Program-made: the position numbers and the translations under genes
The notes under the pieces: generated by a model
Seen by the model: the letters and a program-made list of their open reading frames with translations, nothing else
What the model was told of the DNA's origin: nothing
Database searches by the model: none
Assembly (NCBI GenBank): GCA_041559575.1
Contig: JBFFDD010000002.1
Coordinates: 1 to 39,989, forward strand
Length of the DNA stretch: 39,989 nt
Source of the DNA: a bacterium
GTDB taxonomy: Bacteria; BMS3Abin14
Direction: 5' to 3'
Shown: piece by piece, positions 1 through 8,509 of the stretch
How positions within the stretch are numbered: position 1 is the stretch's first letter
Layout of the letters: every line of letters starts with the position of its first letter

Positions 1-2
1 AG

Positions 3-515
3 TTGATCGGGGTGACCATGGACGAGACCATGACCGTCGGAGGCCAGACGGCCTCCCTGGTGGGAATGGGGATACGCACCAAGACCTTTCTCAAGGTTAA
101 GGTCTACGTGGCCGGCCTATACATGGCCAATCCCTCCACTGACCCGGCAGAGATCATAAGCTCGGATCAGGCCAAAGCCATCGTGATGAGGTTTGTCTAC
201 AAGAAGGTGGACGGGGAAAAGCTTCAGGAGGGCTGGCGGGAGGGATTCGACAGCAACACGCCGGCAGCTTCAGCTGACCTGAAAGAACGCATGAACCAGT
301 TTGTATCCCTGTTCACCGCTTCGGCAATGAAGGGGGATGAGTACATCTTTACTTACGAACCTGGCAGGGGAACGACTGTGGCACTGAAGGGCGAATTGAA
401 GGCCACAATACCCGGGGCTGATTTCGCCAGTGCGCTGATGGCCATCTGGTTCGGTGACAAACTGGGCGATGGCGGACTGAGGGAACTGAAAAAATCGATT
501 CTGAAGGGGATGTGA
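3..515 (+). CDS. chalcone isomerase-like family protein (5-prime partial)
   Basis: ORF is open to the window edge. The motif TFLKVKVYVAGLYM and overall pattern are typical of bacterial chalcone-isomerase-like proteins. Confidence 0.6.
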   Translation: MIGVTMDETMTVGGQTASLVGMGIRTKTFLKVKVYVAGLYMANPSTDPAEIISSDQAKAIVMRFVYKKVDGEKLQEGWREGFDSNTPAASADLKERMNQFVSLFTASAMKGDEYIFTYEPGRGTTVALKGELKATIPGADFASALMAIWFGDKLGDGGLRELKKSILKGM

Positions 516-627
516 TCGAGTATCGGCGTGACGGTGTAACGGGGTTATTCCATTTTCCGATTCTCCGTGACCCTGAAACAGTCCTGTCCTTTTCAATTTT
601 GGCACGGATTACTTACACGAGGGGGTA

Positions 628-1548
628 ATGATGAAAAAATTCCTGTTGTCTCTTCCAGTTACGTTCCTGATTCTGGCACTGATGACGCCGGTCATGGCCG
701 CCGACAGGGTGGTGGTCGCCTCAAAGATCGACACCGAGGGGGCTCTGCTGGGAAATATGATCATCCTCATGCTCGAGGCCAACGGGATAGCTACCGAGGA
801 CAGGACCGAGTTCGGGCCGACTCCCATGGTCCGCAAGGCCATCGCCGCGGGCCAGATCGATATCTACCCGGAATACACCGGTAACGGCGCCTTCTTCTTC
901 TCCATGGCCGACTCGCCGTTGTGGAAGGACGCCGCCAAAGGGTATGAGAAGGTCAAAGAGCTGGACCTGGAGGCGAACAGGGTCGTCTGGCTGACACCGG
1001 CACCGGCCAACAACACCTGGGCCATTGCCGGACGCGAGGACGTCACCAAGGCCAATAGGATAGCTTCCCTGGAGGACTTCGCACGATTCGTCAATGGCGG
1101 GGGTAAGGTCAAACTCGCCGGTTCAGAGGAGTTCGTCAACAGTGCCGCCGCGCTTCCTGCCTTCCAGAAAGCCTACGGTTTCAGCCTGCGCAAGGACCAG
1201 CTCCTCACCCTGTCAGGCGGCAACACAGCCCAGACCGAGAAGGCCGCTGCTACAGGGGTCAACGGGGTGAACTTCGCCATGGCCTATGGTACGGACGGCC
1301 AGCTGGCCGCCCTGGGATTGGTGGTCCTGGAGGACACTTTGGGTGTCCAGCCCGTCTACCAGCCGGCTCCCATCGTGCGAAAAGAGATCCTGGACCAGAA
1401 GCCGGAGATCGGGGGGATCCTCAAACCCGTCTTCCAGTCCATGGACCTGGTCACCCTGCAGACCCTTAATGCCAGGATCGCCGTCCAGGGCATGGATGCT
1501 AGAGCGGTTGCGGGGGAATATCTGAAGAGCAAGGGGTTTTTGAAATAG
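628..1548 (+). CDS. osmoprotectant (glycine betaine/choline-type) ABC transporter substrate-binding protein, OsmF/YehZ-like
   Basis: Signal peptide MMKKFLLSLPVTFLILALMTPVMA. IDIYPEYTGN motif typical of OpuBC/OsmF-type binding proteins. RBS GAGGGGG upstream. First gene of an SBP-permease-ATPase-permease cluster. Confidence 0.85.
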   Translation: MMKKFLLSLPVTFLILALMTPVMAADRVVVASKIDTEGALLGNMIILMLEANGIATEDRTEFGPTPMVRKAIAAGQIDIYPEYTGNGAFFFSMADSPLWKDAAKGYEKVKELDLEANRVVWLTPAPANNTWAIAGREDVTKANRIASLEDFARFVNGGGKVKLAGSEEFVNSAAALPAFQKAYGFSLRKDQLLTLSGGNTAQTEKAAATGVNGVNFAMAYGTDGQLAALGLVVLEDTLGVQPVYQPAPIVRKEILDQKPEIGGILKPVFQSMDLVTLQTLNARIAVQGMDARAVAGEYLKSKGFLK

Positions 1549-1628
1549 AGACTGAAATCCAGATTTCAAGTTCCAAATTCCAGAATTTCGGGATGTAACT
1601 CCTCGCTAACGGGAGAATCATTGGGAAT

Positions 1629-2831
1629 ATGGGGCCTGGAATTAGGAATGAAAGAATAGTGCGTCGGATTTTTTCCGTCGAAAAGGTCTCGCTCACCGCT
1701 TCGATCCTCGGAGCCTTGCCTCTGTTCGGGTTCGGGTTTGTCATCTTTCGTCCCAACCGCCTGGTGAGCGGATCCGCAGTCTCTCTATGGAAGACAGCCG
1801 GCGACTGGATCGGCTGGGTCATTGTTGCCACCTGGCTCGTTCTGATCCTTCTTACCATCATCAAGTCACAGGACCGGATCCGCCACAGCCTGCTCTGCCT
1901 ATTGAGTTGCGCCCTGATCCCGGGTTTGCTATTTCTTGCCGGCCGGCACGCCGCCCTGGTGGCCGAAATTCAGGGACCGGTTGCCAGGGTATCCTTCGGC
2001 CCGGGTTTCTGGATCCCCGTGTTCGCTCTGGGCGTGATCATCACAAACTCCTTTCAGCGCTCCCGGGGTGCCAGGATCATCCTTGGGACCGCGGTGTTTC
2101 TGTCCTTTTCATCCTGCCTCATTTTGCTGGTTTCGGGACGGACCGATTCCCTTTCCCTGATGCGGGAGTTCATCAACCGCAGAGGGAGATTCTTCGGGGA
2201 ACTCCGGATCCACATGGCCCTGGCTGTGTCGAGCGTCGGTATCGCTTTCCTCCTCGGCGTCCCCCTGGGAATGGTGGCTCATCGGGTGAAAAAACTTCGC
2301 ACGCCTACCTTTTTCACCCTCAACACACTTCAGACAGTTCCCAGCCTGGCCCTCTTTGGGATCCTTATCCCCGTCCTGGCCGCTCTTATTGGCAGGTTCC
2401 CGGTGCTGGGAAAGATGGGTATTTCCGGTATTGGCACTGCGCCGGCCATCATCGCTCTGACGGCCTACTCGCTCCTTCCGGTGGCCCGCAACACCTTCAC
2501 CGGATTTTCCACCGTTGACCCAGCGGCCGTGGACGCTGGTCTGGGGATGGGGATGACCCGTGCCCAGCTGCTGTGGAGGGTTGAACTGCCCATCGCCTCA
2601 CCGATCATCCTGAACGGAATCAGAACAGCTCTTGTCCAGGCTGTCGGTTTAACCGCAGTAGCCGCCCTCATCGGGGCCGGCGGGTTCGGGGTTTTTATCT
2701 TCCAGGGTCTGGGCCAGGCGGCCACTGATCTCATTCTCCTTGGAGCCGTGCCAACAATCGTTATCGCGGTGGCCGCCGACGCTGCTATGAGCACGTTGAT
2801 AGTCATCGTCGAACCTAAGGGGCTGAAATGA
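1629..2831 (+). CDS. osmoprotectant ABC transporter permease, long YehY-like form
   Basis: Polytopic 400-aa protein. The C-terminal half carries the ABC permease loop AAVDAGLGMGMTRAQLLWRVELPIASPIILNGIR. The extra N-terminal TM block matches the long permease of the yehZYXW arrangement. The exact start is uncertain. Confidence 0.8.
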   Translation: MGPGIRNERIVRRIFSVEKVSLTASILGALPLFGFGFVIFRPNRLVSGSAVSLWKTAGDWIGWVIVATWLVLILLTIIKSQDRIRHSLLCLLSCALIPGLLFLAGRHAALVAEIQGPVARVSFGPGFWIPVFALGVIITNSFQRSRGARIILGTAVFLSFSSCLILLVSGRTDSLSLMREFINRRGRFFGELRIHMALAVSSVGIAFLLGVPLGMVAHRVKKLRTPTFFTLNTLQTVPSLALFGILIPVLAALIGRFPVLGKMGISGIGTAPAIIALTAYSLLPVARNTFTGFSTVDPAAVDAGLGMGMTRAQLLWRVELPIASPIILNGIRTALVQAVGLTAVAALIGAGGFGVFIFQGLGQAATDLILLGAVPTIVIAVAADAAMSTLIVIVEPKGLK

Positions 2832-3910
2832 TAAGCCTCCGCAATGTGACCAAGGAGTACCCGGGAACCACGGCCGTCGATGATCTGACGTTCAGCATCC
2901 ACAAGGGGGAGTTCACCGTCCTCATCGGACCCTCAGGCTGCGGTAAATCGACCACTCTGCGCCTGATCAACCGGCTCATTGAGACCACTCGCGGGACGAT
3001 CGCCATTGACGACAGGGATATCACCGAATTCAGGCCCGAGGAACTCAGGAGGCAGATCGGCTATGCCATTCAGAGTGTCGGGCTTTTTCCCCATATGACG
3101 GTGGCCCAGAATATCGCCGTTGTCCCGAGACTTCTCAAATGGGACACCGGTCGCATCGACAACCGTACCGAAGGGCTTCTGGAACTGTTCTCCCTTGAAC
3201 CATCCGAATACCGGGACAAGTATCCGAGGCAGCTGTCGGGCGGAGAAGCCCAGAGGGTGGGAGTGGCCAGGGCATTGGCAGCCGATCCTGGCATCCTGCT
3301 CATGGATGAGCCCTTCGGCGCCCTGGATCCCATTACCCGGGAATCACTGCAACTCGAGTTCGCCCGCATTCAGCGGGATCTGAAGAAGACCATCGTCTTC
3401 GTCACCCACGACATCGATGAGGCTATCCGACTGGCAAACCGGATCGTTATTCTGAAGGATGGCAGGCTTGTCCAACACGACACACCTGAGAACATCCTCA
3501 CCTCCCCTGTCGACCGTTTCGTCCTGGAATTCATCGGTACCGACCGTGCCCTCAAACGTCTGTCGCGCCTGTCGGCGACCGATTTCACCGTCGAAGCACC
3601 GTCCATAGCTGCGGACCGGCCTCCATCAGAGGCTGCCAGGATCATTGAGGACCGCAGATATGTCTGGGTCGTGGACGCCGAAAACCGTCCCATAGGCTGG
3701 CTCGATCAGGACGATCTGACACTGGGGTCCCCGACAGCGGCTGAAGCGATGACCCCTATGGATCACCACACGGAAGCCATCGCCGCGGACGCCACTCTTC
3801 GGGAGGCCCTTTCGAGGATGATCCAGAAGGGGATCAGAGGCGCACCGGTGGTGGACGAGAGAGGGAACCTGCTGGGGGAAATACGGCTCTCAGACATCCT
3901 GGATGCTTAA
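2828..3910 (+). CDS. osmoprotectant ABC transporter ATP-binding protein with C-terminal CBS pair
   Basis: Walker A GPSGCGKST, signature LSGGEAQR, Walker B ILLMDEPF, and a CBS-like C-terminal extension. The ATGA start/stop overlap with the upstream permease indicates translational coupling. Confidence 0.9.
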   Translation: MISLRNVTKEYPGTTAVDDLTFSIHKGEFTVLIGPSGCGKSTTLRLINRLIETTRGTIAIDDRDITEFRPEELRRQIGYAIQSVGLFPHMTVAQNIAVVPRLLKWDTGRIDNRTEGLLELFSLEPSEYRDKYPRQLSGGEAQRVGVARALAADPGILLMDEPFGALDPITRESLQLEFARIQRDLKKTIVFVTHDIDEAIRLANRIVILKDGRLVQHDTPENILTSPVDRFVLEFIGTDRALKRLSRLSATDFTVEAPSIAADRPPSEAARIIEDRRYVWVVDAENRPIGWLDQDDLTLGSPTAAEAMTPMDHHTEAIAADATLREALSRMIQKGIRGAPVVDERGNLLGEIRLSDILDA

Positions 3911-3959
3911 GAGAGTGGAAAGTGGAAAGGGAAAAGGGGAAAGAAAGACGAAGGAGCAA
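3911..3959. repeat. purine-rich heptamer array (GGAAAGT family), 7 units, starting on the base after the ATPase stop codon
   Basis: Reads gagagtg gaaagtg gaaaggg aaaaggg gaaagaa agacgaa ggagcaa. The 13-mer gagagtggaaagt recurs as a reverse complement at 34717..34729. Confidence 0.7.
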
Positions 3960-4053
3960 CCCTTCGACTAAGCTCAGGGTAGGGACGAAGACGAAGCAAA
4001 AAGCCGGCATCTGGGCTCTGACTTCACCCTGAATACAGACTGCCACTAAAATT

Positions 4054-4785
4054 ATGTCCAAAAGCAAGCGCCGACAGATCCTCGTTTTACTAGTGCTCAT
4101 GGGAGCATTTATTTTCCTGGTCCTCTCCACCCTGCCCTGGTCCTGGTCAATGACCTTTCTCTTCCCTGACCTGGACACGGTCATCTACGCCATGGCCCCC
4201 TTCCGCCGTCTCGTCATGGAACACATTGCCCTGGTGGGGATCTCCAGCGGTCTGGCCACATTATTAGGTCTGGCCACCGGTATTTTCGCCACCCGAACCT
4301 GGGGCCGTGATTTCCTCCCCGCAGTCAACGCTCTGGCCTCCATGGGGCAGACCTTCCCACCTGTGGCCGTGCTGGCCCTGGCAGTCCCCGTTGTCGGTTT
4401 CGGATTCAAACCGACTATTATCGCCCTGCTGCTCTATGGGTTGCTACCGATCATCCGAAACACCATCGCGGGCATCGAGGCGTTGGATCCAGCCGTCCTG
4501 GAGGCCGCTCAAGGCATGGGGATGACTCCGGGCCAGGTTCTGACCAGAGTGGAACTGCCCCTGGCGGCCCCGGTCATCCTGGCCGGCGTACGGATCTCCA
4601 CGGTGATCAACATCGGGACAGCGACCCTCGGGGCGACCATCGGCGCCGGTGGTCTTGGAAAACCTATTATCGCCGGTCTGATCGGGGAGAACCCGGCTTA
4701 TATCCTGGAAGGGGCCCTCCTGGTCGGCCTCTTTGCCGTCATTATCGATACTGGATTGGGGTTGATGGTAAAAATCCAGAAATGA
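4054..4785 (+). CDS. osmoprotectant ABC transporter permease, YehW-like
   Basis: 243-aa polytopic protein with permease loop EAAQGMGMTPGQVLTRVELPLAAPVILAGVR. Fourth gene of the transporter cluster. Confidence 0.85.
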   Translation: MSKSKRRQILVLLVLMGAFIFLVLSTLPWSWSMTFLFPDLDTVIYAMAPFRRLVMEHIALVGISSGLATLLGLATGIFATRTWGRDFLPAVNALASMGQTFPPVAVLALAVPVVGFGFKPTIIALLLYGLLPIIRNTIAGIEALDPAVLEAAQGMGMTPGQVLTRVELPLAAPVILAGVRISTVINIGTATLGATIGAGGLGKPIIAGLIGENPAYILEGALLVGLFAVIIDTGLGLMVKIQK

Positions 4786-4820
4786 GAACTTTGAACCCTG
4801 AACTGGGGACTGAGCACCGA
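4786..4820. repeat. heptamer array (GAACTGA/GGACTGA family), 5 units, starting on the base after the stop codon
   Basis: Reads gaacttt gaaccct gaactgg ggactga gcaccga. ggactgagc also occurs in the array at 38875..38937. Confidence 0.55.
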
Positions 4821-4875
4821 GACGGGCTGAATGATATATTGGTGTACTGAAAATCCTTCGATGGAGGACCGGATA

Positions 4876-5307
4876 ATGAATCCGAGACACCTCGCCGCAT
4901 TGCTTATTGCAGGCCTTATGTCCGGTTCGCTCATACCGGCTGTGCTTTCGGCTGGCAGCGCTCCTGACGGAAAGGCCCTCTTTCACAACTACTGTGCGCC
5001 CTGTCACGGCAAAGAGGGTGCCGGGAAGGATGCGGACAACCTCAGCGGTGGCTGGCGCGAAGACGGTTCACGCATCGCCCCGGCGCTCAACGGCACCGCG
5101 CACACCTGGCACCACGGCCCCGATCTGCTGTACGAGTACGTGAAGGAGGGTTCCCCGGACCCTGGATCACCCATGCCCTCCTTCGGCGATGAACTGAAGG
5201 ATGATCAGATCTGGTCCATCATCAGATATTTCCAGTCGCTGTGGCCCGAACGCATCCGCAGGATCTACCTGGATCGGTTTCCGGGGGGAATGGGGGAAGG
5301 AAAATGA
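4876..5307 (+). CDS. monohaem c-type cytochrome (class I-like), exported
   Basis: Single haem site CAPCH with a distal Met candidate (GSPMPSF). Signal peptide MNPRHLAALLIAGLMSGSLIPAVLSA. RBS GGAGGA lies 8 nt upstream of the ATG at 4876; the ORF-track start at 4831 is rejected. Confidence 0.8.
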   Translation: MNPRHLAALLIAGLMSGSLIPAVLSAGSAPDGKALFHNYCAPCHGKEGAGKDADNLSGGWREDGSRIAPALNGTAHTWHHGPDLLYEYVKEGSPDPGSPMPSFGDELKDDQIWSIIRYFQSLWPERIRRIYLDRFPGGMGEGK

Positions 5308-5407
5308 CACGTGGAGAGTGAAGGTTAAAAAGGGAAAGGGGGAGGCCTTGATGATTCCTCCTCCATCCTTCATCATTCACCCTCCAGGTCTCTCCTGCAC
5401 GGGTTCC

Positions 5408-5498
5408 AATCTCCAATCTCCAATCTCTAATCTCCAATCTCTAATCTCCAATCTCTAATCTCCAATCTCTAATCTCCAATCTCTAATCTCCAATTTCC
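5408..5498. repeat. perfectly phased heptamer tandem array, 13 x AATCTCY (about 6.5 x AATCTCCAATCTCT)
   Basis: Counted directly: aatctcc/aatctct alternate from 5408 to 5498. The stop codon and last codons of the minus-strand gene 5483..6424 lie inside the array. Confidence 0.95.
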
Positions 5499-6424
5499 AA
5501 TACTATCTTCCCTCTCACATGTTCCGTCTCACTCAACGCGTGGGCACGGCCTGCTTCCGAGAGGGGAAAGACCTCCGTTACGCTGGTCCTCACATGCCCC
5601 TCTTCGATAAGCCCGGCGATGGTGCCAAGCTGGGCCCCGTTGGGCTGAACGAAAACACCAACCCCCCTGACGCCCCTCTCGGCGGCCTTTCCCTCGTCCG
5701 GGGGGCCGAGGATCGAGACCAGGACGCCGCCTTCCTTTAACACCTGCCAGGAGCGGTCCTGGGTTTCCCCGGCCACAGCATCGAGGACCACATCGACATC
5801 GCTGACCGCATCCTCGAAGGGAACTTGGGTGTAATCGACAACCTCGTGGGCCCCGAGATCGATCAGGTAATCCCGGTTGCGGGCCGAAGCCGTCCCGATG
5901 ACCCGGGCGCCTTTCCACCTGGCAAACTGGACGGCAAAACTGCCCACCCCGCCGGCCGCGGCATGGATAAGCACCGTCTGCCCCGCCGTGAGGTCCGCCG
6001 CATCGAACAGGGATTGCCAGGCGGTAAGGGCAGCCAGCGGTATCGACGCCGCCTGGACGTGGTCGATGGATCTGGGTTTCAGGGCTGTGAACCCGGCCTT
6101 AACAGCGACATAATCCGCATAGGCCCCGTCACGGGAGATATCGGTAAAGGCATAGACCTCCTCCCCCACCTCCTTGTCGGTGACCTCAGATCCGGCTTTT
6201 TCCACCACACCGGAAACGTCCCAACCCAGGATGACCGGAAAATGGTAGGACAGCATTCCCTCCAGATATCCGGCCCGGACCTTCCAGTCAACGGGATTGA
6301 CGCCGGCTGCGTGGACACGGATCAGCACGTCGTCCTCCGATATATCCGGTACAGGAGCCTCCTCCAGAGCGAGGACATCGTGGCCGCCGTAGGAATGGAT
6401 ACGTACCGCTTTCATCTTGTCCAT
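5483..6424 (-). CDS. NADPH:quinone reductase / zinc-type alcohol dehydrogenase-like (MDR superfamily) oxidoreductase
   Basis: MKAVRIHSYGG... N-terminus and Rossmann motif AAGGVGSFAVQFAR. Start chosen at ATG 6424 (MDKMKAV) because GAGGAGAA lies just upstream. Confidence 0.85.
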   Translation of the reverse strand: MDKMKAVRIHSYGGHDVLALEEAPVPDISEDDVLIRVHAAGVNPVDWKVRAGYLEGMLSYHFPVILGWDVSGVVEKAGSEVTDKEVGEEVYAFTDISRDGAYADYVAVKAGFTALKPRSIDHVQAASIPLAALTAWQSLFDAADLTAGQTVLIHAAAGGVGSFAVQFARWKGARVIGTASARNRDYLIDLGAHEVVDYTQVPFEDAVSDVDVVLDAVAGETQDRSWQVLKEGGVLVSILGPPDEGKAAERGVRGVGVFVQPNGAQLGTIAGLIEEGHVRTSVTEVFPLSEAGRAHALSETEHVRGKIVLEIGD

Positions 6425-6756
6425 GATCGTTCTCCTCGAAAACATTGGTTCGGAATTCAATGGAACCCCGGGTTTTTATTAACAGGAGAAGCTTACCATA
6501 AAGCTCTTGCTGCAGAGAACCCGGTCAGGTCGGGAAAAATGGAGAATGGGGAACCCTGTCGCGTGGACAGGGCGAACAGGCGACTGTGAGACAGTATGAC
6601 CAAGCAATTTACCATTTGAGCCACTTTTTGGTTGAATCGACAGGTCGATAGGTCGGGGATTGAAACGTCTCAGTTCTCAGCTCTCAGGCCTAAATTATCA
6701 ATCACCTGATATAATTACCCTGTGACCATATTCCAATGATGGGGGGTAACTGAAAC

Positions 6757-7227
6757 ATGGCAGTGAGCGAGAGGTTGAAAAAGATATTCGAGGAACAGAA
6801 CGTACCCTACGATATCATGTACCATTCCGAGTCCTTCACGGCCCAGGAGAAGGCCGCCGGGCTACACGTGCCGGGGGCCCAGATGGTCAAGGTGGTCATG
6901 GCCAAAGCGGATGGGCAACTGGTGATGCTGGTCCTTTCGGCGGACTACAGTATCGACTTCGCTTTGCTCAGGGAAGCCCTGGGAACCAAAAAGGTCGGTC
7001 TCGCCGACGAGGCCGATTTCGGGAAATTCTTCCCCGACTGTGATCTCGGAGCCATGCCGCCCTTCGGGAATCTCTACGATATCCCGGTCTGGGTGGAGGA
7101 ACATCTGGCGGAGCAGGAAAGCATCGTCTTTAACGCCTGCACGCACCACGAGGCCGCCAGGATCGCCTACAGCGATTATGACCGGCTTGTCCATCCGAAG
7201 GTGGCGGAATTCGGGAGGCATGTATAA
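6757..7227 (+). CDS. YbaK/EbsC-type aminoacyl-tRNA deacylase domain protein
   Basis: 156-aa protein whose length and pattern (VKVVMAKADGQLVMLVLSADYSIDF...GAMPPFGNLY) fit the YbaK/ProX trans-editing fold. Confidence 0.7.
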   Translation: MAVSERLKKIFEEQNVPYDIMYHSESFTAQEKAAGLHVPGAQMVKVVMAKADGQLVMLVLSADYSIDFALLREALGTKKVGLADEADFGKFFPDCDLGAMPPFGNLYDIPVWVEEHLAEQESIVFNACTHHEAARIAYSDYDRLVHPKVAEFGRHV

Positions 7228-7234
7228 AGTCGGC

Positions 7235-7311
7235 GGAAAGTGGAAAGTGAAAGGAGAAAGCGTAAACCTCTTCAACCTTTCTCCATTAACCTTTAACCTT
7301 TGCCCTTAACC
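7235..7311. repeat. composite 11-heptamer (77 bp) element: GGAAAGT-type units followed by CTTTAAC-type units
   Basis: Reads ggaaagt ggaaagt gaaagga gaaagcg taaacct cttcaac ctttctc cattaac ctttaac ctttgcc cttaacc in one register. ggagaaag (7253..7260) can pair with ctttctcc (7277..7284). It lies between the convergent genes ybaK-like and cfa. Confidence 0.85.
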
Positions 7312-7324
7312 TCTGGTGAAGCCC

Positions 7325-8443
7325 TCACCTCGGCGCCGGGTAGCCACCCGGCACGCCCCTCCTGGACAGCACGATCTGCCAGAGTTGATCCCTTCTGGCC
7401 CGGAACCCCCCGGCGGAGCTGAGGAGGAAATACCTCCACATCCTGTAGAAACGATCACCATAGCGGGCCCTGAGTCTGGGCCATCCGGCCTCGAAATTTT
7501 CATACCAGGCCATCAAGGTCCGATCGTAGTCCTGGCCGAAACTGTGCCAATCCTCGAGCATGAAGATCCCTTCGAAGGCCTCCGCGATCTGCCTGGCCGA
7601 GGGTATGAGACCATTGGGGAAGATGTAGCGATCCGTCCATGGGTTGATGGTGGTCACCGATCGGTTGCTTCCGATCGTCTGGAGCAGAAACAGACCATCG
7701 TCCTCCATCAGACGGGCTATGGTTTTCATGTAGGTCCGGTAGTTCTTGACCCCGACGTGTTCGAACATTCCCACCGACAGGATTCGATCGAACTTCCCGT
7801 CGATGGCCCTGTAGTCCTTAAAATGGATCTGAACCGGCAGGCTACGGCAGATCTCCCGGGCCCGGGTGGTCTGATCGCGGGAGACGGTCACGCCGACGAC
7901 CTCCACCCCGTAATGCTCGGCAGCGAATTTAGCCGTTCCGCCCCAACCGCACCCCACGTCGAGGACCCTCATGCCCGGTTCCATTGCCAGCTTACGGCAG
8001 ATAAGGTCGAGCTTGTTCGTCTGGGCCTGGTTCAGATCATCAGCGTCCCGCCAGTAGGCTCCGCTGTAGATCATCCGATCATCGAGCATAGTCTCGAAGA
8101 GATCGTTGCCGATATCATAATGGGCTTCCCCGACTTTATAGCACCGTCTGCGGGTCTGAAGGTTGATAAGTCTGGCCTTGAGGCTGATGATTGCCGCCCC
8201 CCTGGAGGCCACTTTCTCGTCGAGCCTGGCCCTCACGGACCGGTGAAAGAACTCGTCCAGCGCGCGGCAATCCCACCATCCATCCATGTAGGATTCCCCG
8301 ACCCCGAGAGCCCCCTGAGCCAGGACCCTTCCGTAAAACCTGTCCTCGTGAACCTGAATATCCCAGGGACGGCCGCCATCGATGCGAATATCTGCCAGTG
8401 AAAGCAGGTCCTGGATCCTGTTCTTCTGAGCTTTGCTCCCCAT
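7325..8443 (-). CDS. cfa: cyclopropane-fatty-acyl-phospholipid synthase
   Basis: 372 aa with a CMAS-family pattern: GESYMDGWWDC, SAM motif VLDVGCGWGG, SVGMFEHVG. Confidence 0.9.
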   Translation of the reverse strand: MGSKAQKNRIQDLLSLADIRIDGGRPWDIQVHEDRFYGRVLAQGALGVGESYMDGWWDCRALDEFFHRSVRARLDEKVASRGAAIISLKARLINLQTRRRCYKVGEAHYDIGNDLFETMLDDRMIYSGAYWRDADDLNQAQTNKLDLICRKLAMEPGMRVLDVGCGWGGTAKFAAEHYGVEVVGVTVSRDQTTRAREICRSLPVQIHFKDYRAIDGKFDRILSVGMFEHVGVKNYRTYMKTIARLMEDDGLFLLQTIGSNRSVTTINPWTDRYIFPNGLIPSARQIAEAFEGIFMLEDWHSFGQDYDRTLMAWYENFEAGWPRLRARYGDRFYRMWRYFLLSSAGGFRARRDQLWQIVLSRRGVPGGYPAPR

Positions 8444-8466
8444 GGCGGCACCCTAAAACACAAGAT

Positions 8467-8499
8467 CCCCGCCTCGAATCTCTGATCGAGGGGGTTTTT
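8467..8499. terminator. GC hairpin plus T-run between guaC and cfa (candidate intrinsic terminator)
   Basis: ccccgcctcga / tcgagggg forms a 9-bp stem with one bulge and an 8-nt loop. TTTTT follows on the plus strand; the minus-strand 3-prime side is atcttgtgtttt. Which strand it serves is unclear. Confidence 0.4.
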
Positions 8500-8509
8500 A
8501 ATTATTATA

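Noticed and set aside
600-614. tggcacggattactt upstream of the ABC transporter looked like a sigma-54 -24 element
   Set aside because: The -12 TTGC element is missing at the required spacing (ACTT instead).
5201-5458. ORFs translating through repeat arrays (e.g. ...SNLQSPISNLQSLISNL; also 9583..9843 and 19894..20082)
   Set aside because: The periodic peptides are a by-product of 7-nt repeats read in three frames. They have no start signals and are low complexity.
5408-5498. Possible CRISPR array (also considered for 20726..20844)
   Set aside because: The units are 7 nt and contiguous with no spacers, and there are no cas genes in the window. They are microsatellite-like arrays, not CRISPR.
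6644-6666. gtcgataggtcggggattgaaac resembles the ATTGAAAC 3-prime end of many CRISPR repeats
   Set aside because: It is a single occurrence with no second copy or regular spacing anywhere in the window, so it is most likely coincidence.
7316-8401. 361-aa plus-strand ORF covering almost the whole cfa locus
   Set aside because: It is antisense to a gene with clear Cfa motifs. Its translation is Pro/Gly/Arg-rich with no recognisable domain, which is the typical shadow ORF of GC-rich coding DNA.
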